Shown here: piece after piece, positions 13,056 to 25,054 of the stretch
How positions within the stretch are numbered: position 1 is the stretch's first letter
Layout: every line of letters begins with the position of its first letter
Program-made: the position numbers and the translations under genes
Source of the DNA: Tubulanus polymorphus
Lineage: Eukaryota > Animalia > Nemertea
Assembly (NCBI RefSeq): GCF_964204645.1
Contig: NC_134025.1
Coordinates: 18,575,101 to 18,639,100 of the forward strand
Direction: 5' to 3'
DNA: 64,000 nt
The notes under the pieces: generated by a model
Database searches by the model: none
What the model was told of the DNA's origin: nothing
The model's input: only the letters and a program-made list of their open reading frames with translations

Positions 13056-13056
13056 A
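13008..13056 (+). ncRNA. Hammerhead ribozyme-like core (stem I degenerate)
   Basis: CTGAAGA - ATGGAG/CTCCAT hairpin - GAA - ACA(GATT)TGT - A, about 100 nt after the Penelope ORF stop. Confidence 0.6.
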
Positions 13057-13094
13057 AATATGTAGTCGTTGTCCTATATTTTATTCATCTATAT

Positions 13095-15437
13095 ATATAT
13101 AACATATATCAGCACATTATGCAACCAACTCACATCAAAGGTGGATCACCTAATTACAAGGGGTTGTGATGTTGACATAATAGGCCAGATATCGGTGGAT
13201 AAAAATTGGATGTCTGATTACTTTCCGTTCCATTTTGTGTTGAAATGCAAAGACCACATAGCTCAACCACATGTAAAATTAGCTATGAGGAAGTTAAAAT
13301 GGAGTAGATCCGAAAGTTTCGAAAGGATGTGCAGCAAGAGTTTTCTAACGCATCTAAGCAAACTGCAGAATTGTACAATAGTGTTCTGTCTACTCTTCTT
13401 GATGTTCACGCACCTATTAAAATAATGACTGTAGCGTTCAGGAGCAAGGTTCCTTGGTATAATAGGGATGTTAACTTGGCCAGACATTCTCGGAGAACAG
13501 CAGAGAAAGTGGCGCTCAACTAAACTTGAGATTCATCGCCAGATCTACAGAGCAGAACATAATAGGGTTGTTCGAACAATTAAAGTGATTAAAGGGATTA
13601 TAATAATAATCAAATTAGGCACGCAGCAGTTCAAGAACAATTTTAACAGATAACAAACACTCTTTTGAATAATAAGAAACAACTTCTTTTGCCTGATTAT
13701 GTACCTGGAACTGAGCAACACCTCGCAAACATATTTTCACATTTCTCTAACAAGAAGATCGTTGAAATTTATAATCATCTTACTGATGTCTGTTCTTCAT
13801 TCTCAGAACCTTTTGACATTGTTGAAAGTGAGTGTGCGAGGAAAAATAATCTTAATTTGTATGTACATCTCCTGATGACATATGTAAAATCATCAGACAA
13901 TCACCTTCAAAGCCATGTAGCCTTGATCCCATCCCAACTGACCTGTTAAATAACGAGCCTGTTCTCGACATTTTGACACCTACCGTCTCACATATTGTTA
14001 ATCAGTCACTAGGTTTTGGATCTGTATCGGATGTGTTTAAAGAGACACTTGTAACATCATTGCTAAAGAAACTGTCACTGGATGTCAGAGCTGAAAAACT
14101 GCAGGCCAGTATCAACCTTCCCTTTCATCAAAGGTCTTAGAGTGCGTAGTAGAGCATAGGGTACGGGATCACATGTTGAACAATAATCTGTTTGAATCTT
14201 TGCAGTCGGCATATAGGGCTAACCATAGCACTGAGACAGCACTCACATGGGTTTTTATTGATCTTTTGGTAGCTCTAGATAATAAGCAGGTGGCTGGTCT
14301 GGTACTACTAGATTTATTCGCTGCATTTGACACTGTTAATCATTCAGTTTTACTTGATAGGCTGAAAAACCGAATGGGTATCGATGGTTTACCACTTAAG
14401 TGGTTTCATTCTTATCTAGGGAACAGAACCCAACGCATTTCAGTTTCTGTTGCTTGTAGTCTGTCTACAGGAGTTCCCTAAGGCTCAGTACTTGGCCTTT
14501 TACTGTTCAGCATCTATATGGGTCCATTGGGTGATGTCATCCGCAAGCATAATATTCAGCATAAAATAATATATTCAGAATATATATAAGCATGAAGTAG
14601 TTTCCATTTCTTTGCAGATGATACACAACTTTACATCTTTTTTTATCCAGGGGAAACTGCTAGGCTTTAGCCATGCATTAGTGATGTACGGCAATGCACT
14701 GCCAGGAATTTCCTTAAATCTAACAATGTTAAGACAGAATTTTTGCTTATCCATTCGAAACACCAAGCTATATCTGATCTTCCTGTATCTATTAAAATTG
14801 GTGATCACAATATAGTTGCTGTTCCTGTTGCCAGGAATATTGGTGCTCTTGTAGACCAGCATCTAACAATGGAGCATCACGTGAAAGCTGTTTGTAAATC
14901 CTGTTATTTTCAATTACATAACAATGGGTTCATCCGGAAATACCTAACTACTGAAGCTACTACAACCCTAGTCAGTGCTTATGTTGCCTCTCGTCTGGAT
15001 GGGCTCAATGCTATGCTTGTTGGTTTACCACAACCGACACTTTACCGTCTGCAGAAAGTCCAAACTCTGCAGTTCGGCTAGTCTCTCCCATTCCTCGAAG
15101 GGAACATAACCCCTGTGCACCAAGATCTACATTGGCTAAGGGTTCCTGATGGAATAGAGTTCAAAATCCTATTACTTGCATCTAAATGTATCAATGGTTT
15201 CGCTCCACCATACCTGCAGGAACATGTTACTCTGTACACCCCACCGCGAACCTTGCGATCTGCGGACAACTTATTATTGGCACAACCCAGGATTACGCTG
15301 GCCTCGCTTGGAGTTTTCTAGAGCTGCCCCACGACTGTGGAATAATATTCCATGTTATATAAGAGCATTCAGCCGCGTCGCTTTCTTTAAGCGAAGTCTT
15401 AAGACCCTTCTATTTTCACAGGCAGCTGCTCAATAAT
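13095..15437 (+). mobile_element. L2/CR1-group LINE, 5'-truncated and decayed ORF2
   Basis: [74 protein letters not shown]. Confidence 0.9.
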
Positions 15438-16134
15438 ATTCTATCCCACTAGCCAGGTGTCAAGTGATCACTTAATTGCAGTGGATACTGGCACTTTAAA
15501 TCTCAAGAATGACAAAAATGAACCTCCAACCGCAGAAATCTGCATTTTTTGAAAAGAATTTCATCCGTGTAAAATAATCTAGAATATTTAGAAATTGCCG
15601 AACGTTCACTTACGGCCTATCTCATTTATTTCACACAATTGTGATTGCTAAAATTTGTTCGTTAACTGCCATTAAGGCTTTATGTTTCATCTGCAATTCA
15701 CTGCAAATAGTTACGTAACTACGCGAATCTATATGTTTTTGACTGTTGTATATTGAATGGAAGCAGTTTAGCTCCACTAGCTTCACTGCGGCAATACCAT
15801 TTCTTTAGTTCATCATATCCTATGAAATATTTATATTGTGCCTTAAAACCCTAACAGCTGAAATTCAGACCATATCTTTTACATTGTGAATATACAAAGT
15901 GTGGCCATCTTTGAGTTCAGCTGCTTGGCGTAATTCCCGCACTGTGACATAACGGCACAGAGTGTGACAAATATGTCCAGCGGTTAACTTTAAGGAAAAA
16001 ATTGTGTTAAGGAAAACCCATTCGAAGGTACATTCACTAAAATATATGTCTGATTTGTCAAAATAATTTCTAGGGCGAGTAATTACCAGATGGGTCTCGT
16101 CAACAACTGGTAAAATAACTAGTTTAGTACTGGG

Positions 16135-16615
16135 TAGGTGCATCACACTGCAGGGACAAAGAAGATTGTTCCAGATGTTCTGTCCATGAAAACACAACTC
16201 TTTCCAAAGGAAAGGATTCTCAACAAGGATGCACTAGGCTTAGTGATTCAGAAGTGGGACAGGCCCCTCAAAGACCTGTTTGTGACAACTCTGAACCCTC
16301 AGCTTTCAATGTTTGTTTCTCCGGTACAGGATTGACAAGCCTGGACAGTGCCATTTATTGTTAGATTTCTCTCGTTATTCATCATACACCGATATTGTGT
16401 ATCTTTTCATCTCAAGCCTAGTAGTGGACGCCTCACCCATCCCAGTCTGCTAGGGAACATGTTTCCTCAACACATAATTTGAAAGGTTCAGGGGTACAAG
16501 TGTGGCCTGATTCTGGTAGGGCCCTAGTGGCCTCACCAGCTTTGGTTTCCAGGGATTCTCCAGCTTCTAGTGGACATGCCTCCCTTCTTTCCCAACAGAC
16601 CCGATAACTTCCTCA
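16135..16615 (+). pseudogene. DIRS-type retrotransposon fragment: end of RNase H plus DNA N6-adenine methyltransferase-like domain
   Basis: HHTAGTKKIVPDVLS (cf. HIPG..N..AD.LS), WDRPLKDLFVTTLNPQLSMFVSP and LILVGP*WPHQLWFPGILQLLVDMP match DIRS pol C-terminal motifs. Confidence 0.72.
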
Positions 16616-19600
16616 TAATAGCTCAGATACATAATAGACACTGGTGATATTATTTACCTTTCAATTCAAGCATCTTTTCATTCAAAAATGCCAAATAGCC
16701 TATTCTGTGATCAGCATTGCAAATACAAAACTTCTTTGAAATAACTGTATGATGTTTTTTCAGCCATTTCTGGGAAAAAGATGCAAAAAATGAATGAGAG
16801 TAGAGCAGTTTGCTAAGTAGTTTTACATTTCAATTCATATGCTACGAACAGATTCAATTCCAGAGCAATTTCAATTTAAATTTCAAGAGCAGTTGATCAA
16901 TACACACTACCACACTACTTAAATTGCAAATCAATAGAATATTTGAACTTCAGTGAAAAAGCTTTTAGCAGGGGCAGATCTAGAATTCATAGAAGGGAAG
17001 GGGTGAACCTAAAAATCTGAATGGGCACTCAATTTGAAAATGTGAGTGCTAAAAGTGCAAAACATTGGTGCGGGGTCTGGTGACCCTCCCACAGAAAATT
17101 TAGGATAAATGGGGATTTTGCGGTCCTTACAAGGTTCCATTAAGATCTAACCCTTTCCGTACTGGCCATTTTACATGGAATTATACTGAGATGATATTTG
17201 GATAAAACTCGTGTCTCCAGTTAACTTAGCATTACTCAGACAATTAATGTAAAGTTATGATAATCATTCTCATTCGGGGATGCAATAAAGATTGTACATA
17301 TAGAGGGTTCAAATTTCACGACGGCAATCGACGGATTTTCCGACGATGTATCAGTACATAGCCGTTGATGACACTTTGTACCTACAGCTTCAAAATGCCA
17401 TCTATTAAATTTCTTTAAAATGCCGTTGACAATTTCAATCACTGACACCAGATTTTGTCATAAAAATTCTGAAAAGTTTGACATGAAATCGAAAGTTACA
17501 GCAGCTGATGTCGTATCTGTATGCTGTACGGTGCTGCCACCTTGCAAAATTCCTGTGCTAGCACCAACAACTGTAACAAATTATATTTCATAGAAATATG
17601 GTACAGAAATAAAGAACTCGACCATGAACAATATCGCACTGGGGTAATGTTTGATCTGAGTGACCGCTGGGCACCTCAGACTGCACAGATGATAAAATCT
17701 GTTATTTTTGTACTCCACTTCTTCAGCATCAGTCTATGAAAAGATTGAGCAACAATTTTTGCGTTATTTACATCAAATGAAATCCTATTTGCTAATCATA
17801 TCTGTATCTAGGCCACTAGACCTAAGGTACCCCTAGACCTACTGAATTAAAAAAGATAATTGCTATCTCTATTCATCAATACCTTCATAAACAGATTATC
17901 CCTTTCCTTAGTCTATACCAGAGCCGTTCTCGCCGTTGGAATTCAATTGAATATTATCTTTGCACTTCACTGACTGTTAGTCTCCATTTCGCTGCAATTT
18001 TGCCTTTTGTTTTACCACAAAACTTGTCAAAAGTTCATAAAACTTTAAAATTCTCTCACAAAATCTACTGGAGCACCACTTGGTAGAAGTTTACTACCAC
18101 TAGGATGTGTTCAAATGCCTAAGGGTTCGAGTCCTGACATAAAAATCTTATGTTAAGTGACCCCCTTCAGGGAATGGGGTGCGTATGTTTTACTGGCTTC
18201 CTGGAAGGGGTACGTACTGAAAGGGCAAATTGCTGTCTTTTTTAAGATTTAAGGACCACTCAAAGTTAGAATTCCTTGGTCAAGATAATTGACAATGCTA
18301 CCGGGTACTTACAATGCCCAGACTTTCCTTATTTTCAAAAACTTAATATCCTCGCTTATAATCTAATCACACTTCGAAATGACTTATTTTGCATTCAACT
18401 TTAATGATAAAACCCTGCCAGCCTCATTGTTGATACTATTCTCTACAAATTCATCTCATCCAACCATAGCAGCATCTGATTCGAGCATTGCTTTCATTCC
18501 AGCAAATTGACTCTCACGAAAGTAACAAGTTTTTGCATTTACCTTAAGAACACATGTAAACATGCCCAAAATAATCCCCCATACCAAGGTCCAGCATCAA
18601 CACTGCTTGTTGAAAATTGGTATGCAGTTCTAAGGTATCTGCTAAGTGAAAATACAGGCTACTGAAATTGCGTTTGTGCTAAAAATTGCTTTGAGTGTAG
18701 TGTATTAAGGATTCGAATGATTATCGATTGGTCAGACCATTGACATGACATAGGCTATGGCAACGGTGTTAGTGCATGTTACAGCTGCTACTGTAACATG
18801 CATTACTTAGTAACCTTTAGTAACCTTGTTACAACTGCTCTTAGAAATAAAATCAGATCTGAAATTGCTTTGAAAGGTGCGAGTTGAAATGTTCAACTGC
18901 ACTCATAGTTTTTCTTCAATTCATATAGCAAATCGAATCAAAGCGCTTCGATGAGCGATTTGGTCGCGTTGGGTACTCGCGTTGGTGATTTGGCAAATCG
19001 TTGTAGGTGCGTTGCTTAAATAAATGGGCGATTTGATCCGTTGATTCGAGTTGCTTAAATAAAAACGCCTATATAGACATTGACTTGCCTATGGAAACCA
19101 ATTATTCGGCAAGTTTACAGAAAAATACACTATTATTTTAATTGGATATTTTTGCTGAGAATAACCCTGCCTATTGAAATAAATGTAATGGACATGACTG
19201 TAAATAAATCATCATCAAATAAGATGAAAATAGGGATCAAGATTAACCCTTTAGTTACATTCATTTTACTGGCATCAAAGGACTGACCACAGTCCATTAA
19301 TGCCAAACTTGCTGACTTATTTCAAATGTAATCTAAAACTAATGGAATAACTCTTCAACTATTATCTGCTTGCATTGGATTCATCACTCTTTTAAGGGCC
19401 AGCAGCCAAAGGTTTTTAAAGGGTTTTACTGTATGCCAACAAAATTTCCTTAAAAATCACCTTAATAGTCGATAAGTGTAAGTCAGTGCTTGTCAAAATA
19501 TCAGGATACTGGTCAACAAATGTGTGGCGCAATCCCTCCTCATAGGCCTTTATTAACATAGTCTCTTGTCTGTGTGACACCTTCTCACATTTATATATGA

Positions 19601-20439
19601 ATGGAACTTTTGGGGGATTCGATGAAATTTCATTGAAACGTGGATGATAAAGTTTAGTTTCCGCAGAACATCTAATACCAGTCACATCATTTGCAGAATC
19701 TCTCCTGCAGGCTCCCAATGAGACGATATGATTTCCAGATGCACATGCATTGGATGCTTTCAGAGAGTCTTCATTTTTCCATTGACAATTACACTGAAAC
19801 AGATGCAGCATATAATACAGTGATATAATACAATTTGACAGGGCCATAGCATCGGGTTATACAGGGGGTAGCAAAATCAATCAAAACAAAATTCTTAATA
19901 TGGATTATACTAAATTTCCATGATGGTGTATGTTTAATCCAGAATCAAAATTAAACGTCAGTAAATGTACTCTCGAGTTGAAGCATTAATGATCCATTAA
20001 GATTTCATTATAGGCTGTCATGCCAAATTCACTGCCAACTGCAGCAAATTTTTAAGACTTTTCTATTGACACAATCTCCATGAAACCCTATACATGTAGT
20101 AATCACACACAACTGCATAATGATCATCATAAATATATACACGTTAGTGAGTTTTCACCAATCACTCAAATAGACTCTCCACGCACATGATGTGAACCTG
20201 GGTACTGAATGATTTCATTCATTGCATAGGCTATACTGTGTAGTTTGTTAGACAATCTACATTTGTAAATTGAACAATTTCCAAGAATCACTGCCCGCTT
20301 TCCCAAATTCACTGCTGTTCTATAAAATTCACTGCTATTCTCGACCATGAATCATTTTTCAATTAGCTGTTTGCAAAAAATCTTAACTAGGCCACACGCG
20401 AGGTGCACTTATACATGCACAGATCAATACCACATAGCA

Positions 20440-21420
20440 CAGGGTTCGTAGACTTCAGGGCAACTGGAATTCCAGGTGTTTTCCAGGAGAAAAGTGAAAA
20501 ATTCCAAGAGTCATGTCAAGCAAAATATTGCTTATTTAATTGGCCTATCTATAGCCGCGATCACATGAGCCTTTAAACATTGTTTAGTATCAAGTGAGTG
20601 GTTTGGTGTGCTCTCTAATTAGACACGGGCCAAATTTGGCTGGAGCCTGATCCGGGCCATGTCTCTGTGTAATGGCGGCTATTGATTCTGGTCTTGAAAT
20701 ATAAATGTCACTTGCAATGTCGCTATATATATGAAATCAGGTATCCATGTTTATGGTTTTGCATTAACTGAGCTGTGTTACTATTTTACCCAACCTCAGA
20801 TGGTCATGCGGACCCAACTATTTGATAATGCGGTGCTCTTGCTTGCACATCCAAATACGAGGGAACCCCAGGCTAGCATCACTGTTATGATTCTATCATT
20901 TCACCTATTCAAGCTTTATCAATTCAACAGTAACAACAAAAGTAGTACTGTATAACTATTTATTTGAGGCACGAGCTTTCGCTTCTAATGAATAGAAACT
21001 TCATCAGGTGAATGAGTCTCAATTTAACAGTGGTAGTCCTAGACCTGGGTCTACAGTCATTATCTAAATTACACAGTTACAACTAAGGAGTACCTATCTC
21101 GTTTAAAACTTTGAGCGTCCATAATCTACTAGGTGAATAATGGTGACTACTTATTGCCTAATTATGAAGACTTGAGCCAGGTGCTCTATACACTTACTTC
21201 GTATAGCCACCTTCACAAATCATACCTGCACAAACTACACTTAGAAAATGAGACTGACCACGATAATAACTAGAAAATTTGTGGATGACCAAGATCCTAA
21301 AATTCCAGTTTTCCAGGCATAACCCTTAAAGACCCTGAATTTCCAGGAATTCAAGGTCCTGGAATTGATTTTGCCCAAATTCAAGGAAATCCAGGAATTC
21401 CAGGTTGTGTATGAACCCTG
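20440..21420. mobile_element. Non-autonomous TIR element with 5-bp TSD (hAT5-like)
   Basis: CAGGGTTCGTAGAC ... GTGTATGAACCCTG; TAGCA on both flanks; subterminal GGAATT/CCAGG repeats. Confidence 0.75.
20970..21010 (-). ncRNA. Minimal Penelope-type hammerhead ribozyme
   Basis: Minus strand reads CAC-CTGATGA-A-GTTTCTA(TTCAT)TAGAAGC-GAA-AGCT-C-GTG, followed by AATAAA. Confidence 0.75.
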
Positions 21421-21949
21421 TAGCAGCGAATCTGTGATGTGCACGTGTGTGAAGAATGAATATACGTGACAGCCCATGGATTCTTCCAAAACAAAATGGG
21501 AGTTCCAACAACAATTAAATAACTAAATTAATTAATAAGCATTCCAATGAAATTCAATAGGGTTAGAGACTATTTATTACTGCATTGAATGTTTTGAAAA
21601 GTTCCGAAGAAATACTAAGCCTTGTTCGGCAGTTATATTGTACCAAAGGAAGAAAGTTTCATACACGTCAAAGTTAAATGTTTAAGACATCTTTGAGTCA
21701 ATGAAAAGAGCAACCTCAGCGGTAAAGCAGGCGCCCAGATCCCATAAACTACCCCTCAATCCATCTCTGATAATTTAGTAAATGAAATCAGTCCCAGAAA
21801 TGGCTGTCCATCGGTGTACCAACCAGTTTCTCAAACAATACCTTACTTAAGGTCATCAGCCATTAAATATGGCTATCTGGGCAGCCATATGACAGACATA
21901 AAAAGCATTGTCACATTCTAATTCGGCTATTTGATACATTCTCTACCAG

Positions 21950-22161
21950 GACAATCTAGCTCATGAGACACCAACTAAGAAAGTAGTCAGGAACATCACA
22001 CTGAAAGACGAATCAGCAGAAATAAAGATTGCACTTTGGGAAAACAAAGCGAAAAAAGCGATTGCACTCGGCGATTCAGTCCGAGTAACCTATTTAAGGA
22101 CAAAATGGGATGATTGTTTCATGAAGTCATACTACAGTCTACTTTTAGAACAAATATTGAG
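21950..22161 (+). pseudogene. OB-fold (RPA/SSB-like) pseudo-exon
   Basis: CAG|DNLAHETPTKKVVRNITLKDESAEIKIALWENKAKKAIALGDSVRVTYLRTKW...(frameshift)LQSTFRTNIE|GT. Confidence 0.6.
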
Positions 22162-22204
22162 GTATCTTACTATGCTTCCAACAATCATTTTACTTTTCCA
22201 TTCT

Positions 22205-24150
22205 AAACAAGAGGCCCACGGGCCTTGTACCTTCATGACGCAGTAAAAGAAGAATGATTCATTATTCAAAGTTTTATCGAATGATTTACATTGTAACATT
22301 GTAACAAGTTTTAAAATAGTTAAGAGGTATAGGCTATGTGGCGATAATGTTCATTTTCTGTTAATATATCCTTACATGAAAAGATAAGCCCATTTTAGCT
22401 GCCCCAAAGATCACACTACATGAAAAAATGCATCAAGAATTGGAGTAGGCATCGTGCTGAAAAGAAATCCAAGATGGATGGCAACCCTGGTGGTTGAACT
22501 CAATTTTCGATAAGCAGACCTGCCAACCTTGTGTCTGACTAAATCAGAACAATTTCATAAATTATCAGTAATTTTTGAAGTTTTTCAGTAACAAGCATAC
22601 AATACTAAAACACTGTTATACTATATAAATCATTTTATTAATCAACGAAAAAACAAATTGTGATTGTCAGAACAATTAATACTGTCATAATTGATTCCCG
22701 GCAAATAAAAACAACAGAGACAAAACCGCTGCAAATTGATTAGCAAATACATCTTTTGAAAATTATCATCTAAATTGTTCAACTTTCACGGACAATTGAA
22801 CATTAATAAGCATAATACGATTATCGTTTCGATAAAGCTGCCGCTGTAGCCTTCTTAGCTTTCTCTAATAATTTCACGCTTGGATCATACTCATGACAAA
22901 CAATGCCTTGAGCTTTCATGATGAGCAAACTTTTCAATGTCTTTTGTCCTAATGAGGCTCTGAAGTCATTTCGATTCTTCCTGATGATGCTAAAAATTCT
23001 CTCGCACTGCGCATTCGAAACTGGTATCAACAACACTTGAAGCATCACGCTATGTTAATATCAACTCCACAGTCTGTACAAAACGAGTGTTTCGAGCTCT
23101 TCGAGGCCTTCATGCAGGGGAATTTAACAGTGTAACTACTCCGAAACGTTTGCGTACCGGTCGGCCTCTTTCTTTTATTTGCTGGTTCATTGTTATTAGG
23201 GTCTTCATCGCTTAAATCCATCAAACCATCGCCGAATTCGTCACGACTTCTGTTGGCAGTCGCCATTATAAGTCACACTAATTACAGCCGAGAACCGATG
23301 CGAATGGTTGGCGAAGGGAGATCGTGTTTGCAAATCTTTTATAATTTACTTTGTTTATCATTGACCAAATAAATAAAGCAGAATCGTGAATTCATAGACG
23401 AATAAAATAACTTCAGTCGGGTTATTGCAAAAAATTCCGCGCTTGCAAGCAACGTTGATATAAGTTACAGCAGATGCGCTGTTGTGTTGTACTGTATAGT
23501 AAGGCGCTCGCGCGGTGTATAGGTTGCCACGGTGACAGCCGGTGCCAGGCGCGTGTATGTCAGCTCACACCAGCGGTCTGTGTACACAAACTGCTCGCGT
23601 GGCGTGCCGATAATCAAATCATCTTTCGTCATTTTTAAAGAATATCGTAACGACGCTAGAATTTTCCGTAGAACGTAATGAAAATAAACTAAAATCGTAA
23701 TTTTGAACACCCAATCGTAACATCGTAATTTGTAATGTCAATCCGTTACGATTACGGGAAAATCGTAACAGTTGGCAGGTCTGGATAAGGGGTAGACATT
23801 TCACATCTCACCAAAATTCTTACACCTAGTATCCTGAAAATGCATCAAGAATTACAGGCCGTTTCGTGCTAGAAATTTAAGATGGCTGACCTGGCGGCCA
23901 TATTTGAAGGCCGATGACCTCCATATACAAAAGGCATGGACAGCTTGACCCTGATCCTCACACCAAATTTTGTGGAAATCCATCAAGAATTGCGGGCTGC
24001 ATCGTGCAAACAAGAAATTCAAGATGGCCACCCCAATGGCAGCCATATTCGATCACCAATGACATTTTTTTACAATAGGGGTGGACATCTCGCCAGACCC
24101 AATCTTCATGCTAATTTTTAAAAAGATTCATCGCAAATTACAGGCGAATT
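22205..24150 (+). mobile_element. Helentron-like repeat with internal tandem units, interrupted by a hAT element
   Basis: Starts AAACAAGAGGCCCACGGGCC; related start at ~46492; repeated CATCAAGAATT...AAGATGG units on both sides of the insertion. Confidence 0.5.
22515..23783 (-). mobile_element. Internally deleted hAT element with 6-bp TSD
   Basis: Perfect 13-bp TIR CAGACCTGCCAAC; GATAAG on both flanks. BED finger start (23266-23045) abuts the dimerisation domain IPVSNAQCERIFS (23048-22821). Confidence 0.92.
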
Positions 24151-25054
24151 ACTGTGGCGCATTACTGCGTCGAATTCAATTCAATTCCAGAGGTCCTGGC
24201 TTAGGCCTATGTAATACGAGTCAATTAAGATTCGACTTTTTGAAAAACCAGCACAGATGCCTATTCAAATCACAAGTAATTAAAAAATTCAGTGCTTCTT
24301 AGTTTGATGTCCCAATTTTCATCGCGCACATGGTTAAAATTATGGTTTAAATCAACGTCTACAACAGCAGAAACCACTGCACCCGCATCTGTCAATCATC
24401 TTAATTGATTCATATACTAAAATGCTCACTATGAAAAAACTACGTGGTGGATCAATCCGGAATTTTTCAGTACAATGTCAACACTAGGTACCTTTCTTTA
24501 AAGGTTTATTTGTTGTATGTCATTTACAATCAGTTATACAGTACTTTATTCATAACTTTGAAGCGGTCAACAGTCAAGCAAGGTCAGTCACGTAGGCCAA
24601 CGATAACACGAAACAGACCACGGTTTTGCGGGTTAAGAGCGTCTCTCCACAAAAATTAGAGGGACTGTAATGGACCATTTGTTGACACTAACCTTTAATA
24701 AGCTTCGTATGGATACAATCAAGATAATTCCTCCCTATAATTCCACTATTCAACGATCCACGCGCAGCTTAAACATGGCGCCGCCATTCAATACGCTAGT
24801 CACGATGTATCTCTACACACATCAAAATCACACTTGAATTACAAGTGATGAGAAACGATCCAAATCTAGCTAGTTGATTGGGAAAATAGCAGCACTATAG
24901 TTCAAAAAAGTTGATAAACCACCTCCAATTGTCTAATCATCTAAAAGCTTTGCCCTCATATGGAACTATTTCTGCCTTATCACAGGTGCACTCTGCCGCC
25001 GTGATTCACGGTCTTACTATTGACATTTTCTAATAATTGAGGGAAATATAAAAA

